From Actinomycetota bacterium (lineage in GTDB: Bacteria > Actinomycetota > Acidimicrobiia > Spongiisociales > UBA11373), in contig JBDROA010000201.1 of the NCBI GenBank assembly GCA_043810615.1, positions 1 through 54,951 on the forward strand: 54,951 bases of DNA, in the 5' to 3' direction. A program made the position numbers and the translations under genes. This document shows positions 52,550 to 54,951 of this stretch, in pieces. The notes below the pieces were generated by a model, which saw only the letters and a list, made by a program, of their open reading frames with translations, was not told the origin of the DNA and made no database searches. Numbering within the stretch: the first letter of the stretch is position 1; each line of letters opens with the position of its first letter.

Positions 52550-52607
52550 GGCGGGCTCACCATAGAACGGCGTTGTCCGGGGCGGTGCCGTCTCGTACCA
52601 GGAGGCG

Positions 52608-53606
52608 TCACGGCGTCAAGGCGGCGGCGATGCGCTCGGCGTTGACGCGCTGCATGCCGGCGTAGGTGTCTGCCCCGGAACCGCTCTCGCCCAGCGACCC
52701 TGTGTAGAGGCTCACCACTTCCACACCTTCGCCCAGTTCGGCGGCCAGCGCCCCGGCCAGGTCGGCGGACTGGGTGGTCTCGGCGAAGATGGCCCGCACC
52801 CCCTCACTGCGCAGGATCTCCACCAGGGCAGCCAGGTCGGCCGGACTCGGCGCGGCGAAGGCGGCCCCGCCGGGGATGATCGCCCCCAGCACCTCGAACC
52901 CGTAGCGGTCGGCGAAGTAGCCGAAGGCGTGATGGTTGGTGACCAGTTTGCGCTGCTCCGCCGGGATGGCGTCCAGAATGGCCTCGATCTCGCCGTCCAG
53001 GTCCTGCAGTTGCCGCCGGTACGCCTCTGCTGCAGTGCGCCACGCCCCGGCGCAGTCCGGGTCGGCTTCCGCCAGTGCCTCGCCCAGGCCGGTCACCACG
53101 TCGGCCATACGCTGCGGGTCGGTCCAGATGTGCGGGTCGAGGCTGCCGCGGTCCTCGTCGCCCACTGCACCATCCTGGTTCTCGTGAGCGGCAGCCTCAT
53201 TCAAAGGCAGGGCTTCTATGAACGAAGCCGCCTCCACCACCGTCACCCCGTCGGCGGCCGCAGAGGCGACGACCTCCTGCAGGCCCTCCTCGAGGCCCAG
53301 GCCGTTCACCACCACGACGTCGGCCTCCCGCAGCGCCACCGCCTGGGCGGCCGACGCCTGGAAGGAGTGGGGATCGGCACCGATGGGTATGAGCACCTCG
53401 ACTCGTTTGGAGTCCCCGACCACATTGCCCACGACGTCCCCCAGGATCGAGGTGGTGGCCACGACCCGAAGTTCGGCGCAGGCGCCATCGCCGGACGGGG
53501 CCGCCTCGTCGGCACCGCACCCGGCCGCCACCAGCCCCACCAGAGCCAGGAGCAGCGCCGCCCCCCGGCCCGGCGCTGCGGACCGCGTGTGAGCCAAACC
53601 AGACAC
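52608..53606 (-). CDS. Zn/Mn ABC transporter substrate-binding lipoprotein (ZnuA/AztC-like)
   Basis: Lipobox AAGC, DPHSF, NGLGLE, DPHIW, NHHAFGYFA. Confidence 0.93.
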   Translation of the reverse strand: MSGLAHTRSAAPGRGAALLLALVGLVAAGCGADEAAPSGDGACAELRVVATTSILGDVVGNVVGDSKRVEVLIPIGADPHSFQASAAQAVALREADVVVVNGLGLEEGLQEVVASAAADGVTVVEAASFIEALPLNEAAAHENQDGAVGDEDRGSLDPHIWTDPQRMADVVTGLGEALAEADPDCAGAWRTAAEAYRRQLQDLDGEIEAILDAIPAEQRKLVTNHHAFGYFADRYGFEVLGAIIPGGAAFAAPSPADLAALVEILRSEGVRAIFAETTQSADLAGALAAELGEGVEVVSLYTGSLGESGSGADTYAGMQRVNAERIAAALTP

Positions 53607-53618
53607 CTCCCCCAGTAC

Positions 53619-53633
53619 CGAGAATGGTTCTCA
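53619..53633. promoter_or_regulatory. Zur/Fur-type operator
   Basis: CGAGAATGGTTCTCA, a 7-1-7 imperfect palindrome between the divergent binding-protein and regulator genes. Confidence 0.75.
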
Positions 53634-53652
53634 GTGCTATCGTATCCCGCCG

Positions 53653-54108
53653 ATGGTTCCCGGGCAAGAAGACCAGGCCGACGGAGAGGTGGCCGCCTAC
53701 CTCAGCACGCAGGGCGTCAGGTACACCGCGGCGCGCCGCCTGGTGGTACGCGCCCTGACGCGGGCCGGGGGCCCCATGGCAGCGGCCGACATGCACGAGA
53801 AGCTCCGGGGGCGCGTCCCCCTGTCGTCGCTGTACCGCACGCTCGCCGTCCTGGAGGGCATCCGGGTGCTGTCCAAGGAGCACGACGCCGCGGGGATCGC
53901 CCGCTACGAACTGGCCGAGTGGCTCACCGGCCACCACCACCATCTGGTTTGCGGCTCCTGCGGCGAAGTGCGCGATGTCGCCGTCGACCCGCAGACGGAA
54001 ACCACCATCGCCCGCCTGGTCGAACGCATCGCAACCGCCTCGGGATACCGCTCCACCGGCCACCGCATCGACGTGGAAGGGACGTGCGCCGCATGCCGGA
54101 CCGCCTAG
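53653..54108 (+). CDS. zur: Fur-family regulator, probably Zur
   Basis: RYT..R, SSLYRTL, HHHHLVCGSCG, C-terminal CAAC; flanked by metal uptake genes. Confidence 0.85.
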   Translation: MVPGQEDQADGEVAAYLSTQGVRYTAARRLVVRALTRAGGPMAAADMHEKLRGRVPLSSLYRTLAVLEGIRVLSKEHDAAGIARYELAEWLTGHHHHLVCGSCGEVRDVAVDPQTETTIARLVERIATASGYRSTGHRIDVEGTCAACRTA

Positions 54109-54896
54109 CCGCCCGCGGAACGGGCATTGTCCTCGCCTACGACGGGCGGGTGGCTGTGACCGCGTCCGACTTCGCCGTCCCCGCCGGGCGCCTGACCGCG
54201 GTCATCGGACCCAACGGTTCGGGCAAGTCCACGCTGCTCAACGCCATGGCCGGCCTGCTCCCCCCGCGCCGGGGATCCCTGGAAGTGCTGGGACGACCCC
54301 CGGGCAAGGTGCATCGCCGGGTGGCCTACGTGCTTCAGGCCACCAAGGTGAACGAGGTGATGCCGGTCACGGTGAGCGAGGTCGCGGCTATGGGGCGCTA
54401 CGCCCTCCTCGGCCTCTGGGTCCCCCTCACCGGCGACCATCGCCGGGCCTACCGCCGCGCTTTGGAACGCCTGGAGATCCTCGACCTCGCCGGCCGCCAC
54501 CTCCACGAACTGTCCGGGGGGCAGCGCCAGCGGGTTTTCGTCGCCCAGGGACTGGCCCAGGAGGCCGACCTCCTCCTGCTCGACGAACCGGTCACCGGCC
54601 TCGATCTGGTATCCACCGAGCGCATTCGTTCCGCCATCGCCGCCGAAATCGACCGGGGGACGACCGTCGTCATGACCACCCACGACATCGCCGACGCCAA
54701 CCGGGCCGACCACGTGATCCTCATGGCCGGCCGGGTCCACGCCGAGGGGCCGCCGGCGCGGGCCCTGAACCCCGACCGCCTCTCCGAGGCCTACGGGATC
54801 GGCATCGTCCACCTGGAGGATGGCTCGCTGGCGCTCGACGATGCCCATCATCGGCCCGCCGCCGAACGCCACGTCCACTTCGAACGCGGGCACTGA
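54093..54896 (+). CDS. Zn/Mn ABC transporter ATP-binding protein (ZnuC/AztA-like)
   Basis: GPNGSGKST, LSGGQRQR, LLLDEP, TTHD, His-rich tail. Confidence 0.92.
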   Translation: MPDRLAARGTGIVLAYDGRVAVTASDFAVPAGRLTAVIGPNGSGKSTLLNAMAGLLPPRRGSLEVLGRPPGKVHRRVAYVLQATKVNEVMPVTVSEVAAMGRYALLGLWVPLTGDHRRAYRRALERLEILDLAGRHLHELSGGQRQRVFVAQGLAQEADLLLLDEPVTGLDLVSTERIRSAIAAEIDRGTTVVMTTHDIADANRADHVILMAGRVHAEGPPARALNPDRLSEAYGIGIVHLEDGSLALDDAHHRPAAERHVHFERGH

Positions 54897-54951
54897 GCCC
54901 TCTCTTGCCTCTCCCGCGGTCACAGGGAAGGTGGCCCGCCCCGGGGTGGGG

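Overview
High-GC actinobacterial chromosome segment; gene content and protein style suggest Acidimicrobiia (inference). From left to right: the 5' end of tuf preceded by a tRNA-Tyr/Thr/Met cluster; htpX; a secreted PA-domain subtilase; an 11-subunit complex I-like operon (nuoABCDHIJKLMN, no nuoEFG) ending in a MidA/NDUFAF7-type methyltransferase; a phosphodiesterase; a decayed Phd/YefM-RelE toxin-antitoxin pair; a TreS-maltokinase fusion; a small ABC exporter; a complete 14-subunit nuoA-N operon preceded by rex and a geranylgeranyl-reductase (MenJ-like) gene; a frameshifted DinB gene; a SAM hydrolase; a Clp1-like polynucleotide kinase; a convergent intergenic region with a long hairpin and five DnaA-box-like 9-mers; an rsiG-asparaginase-GNAT-mshA operon; an M23 peptidase; a MoaD/ThiS-membrane fusion; a triple-repeat lipoprotein; and a Zur-controlled metal ABC importer. 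The most notable observations are: (1) only the NuoD in the methyltransferase-bearing operon keeps the Arg modified by NDUFAF7; (2) a ubiquitin-like MoaD domain whose Gly-Gly is fused internally to a CdsA-like membrane domain; (3) a DnaA-box cluster with no dnaA in the window; (4) tuf codons that end only in G or T. No CRISPR array, integrase or transposase was seen. All calls come from motif recognition by eye; no searches were run, and start codons were chosen manually.
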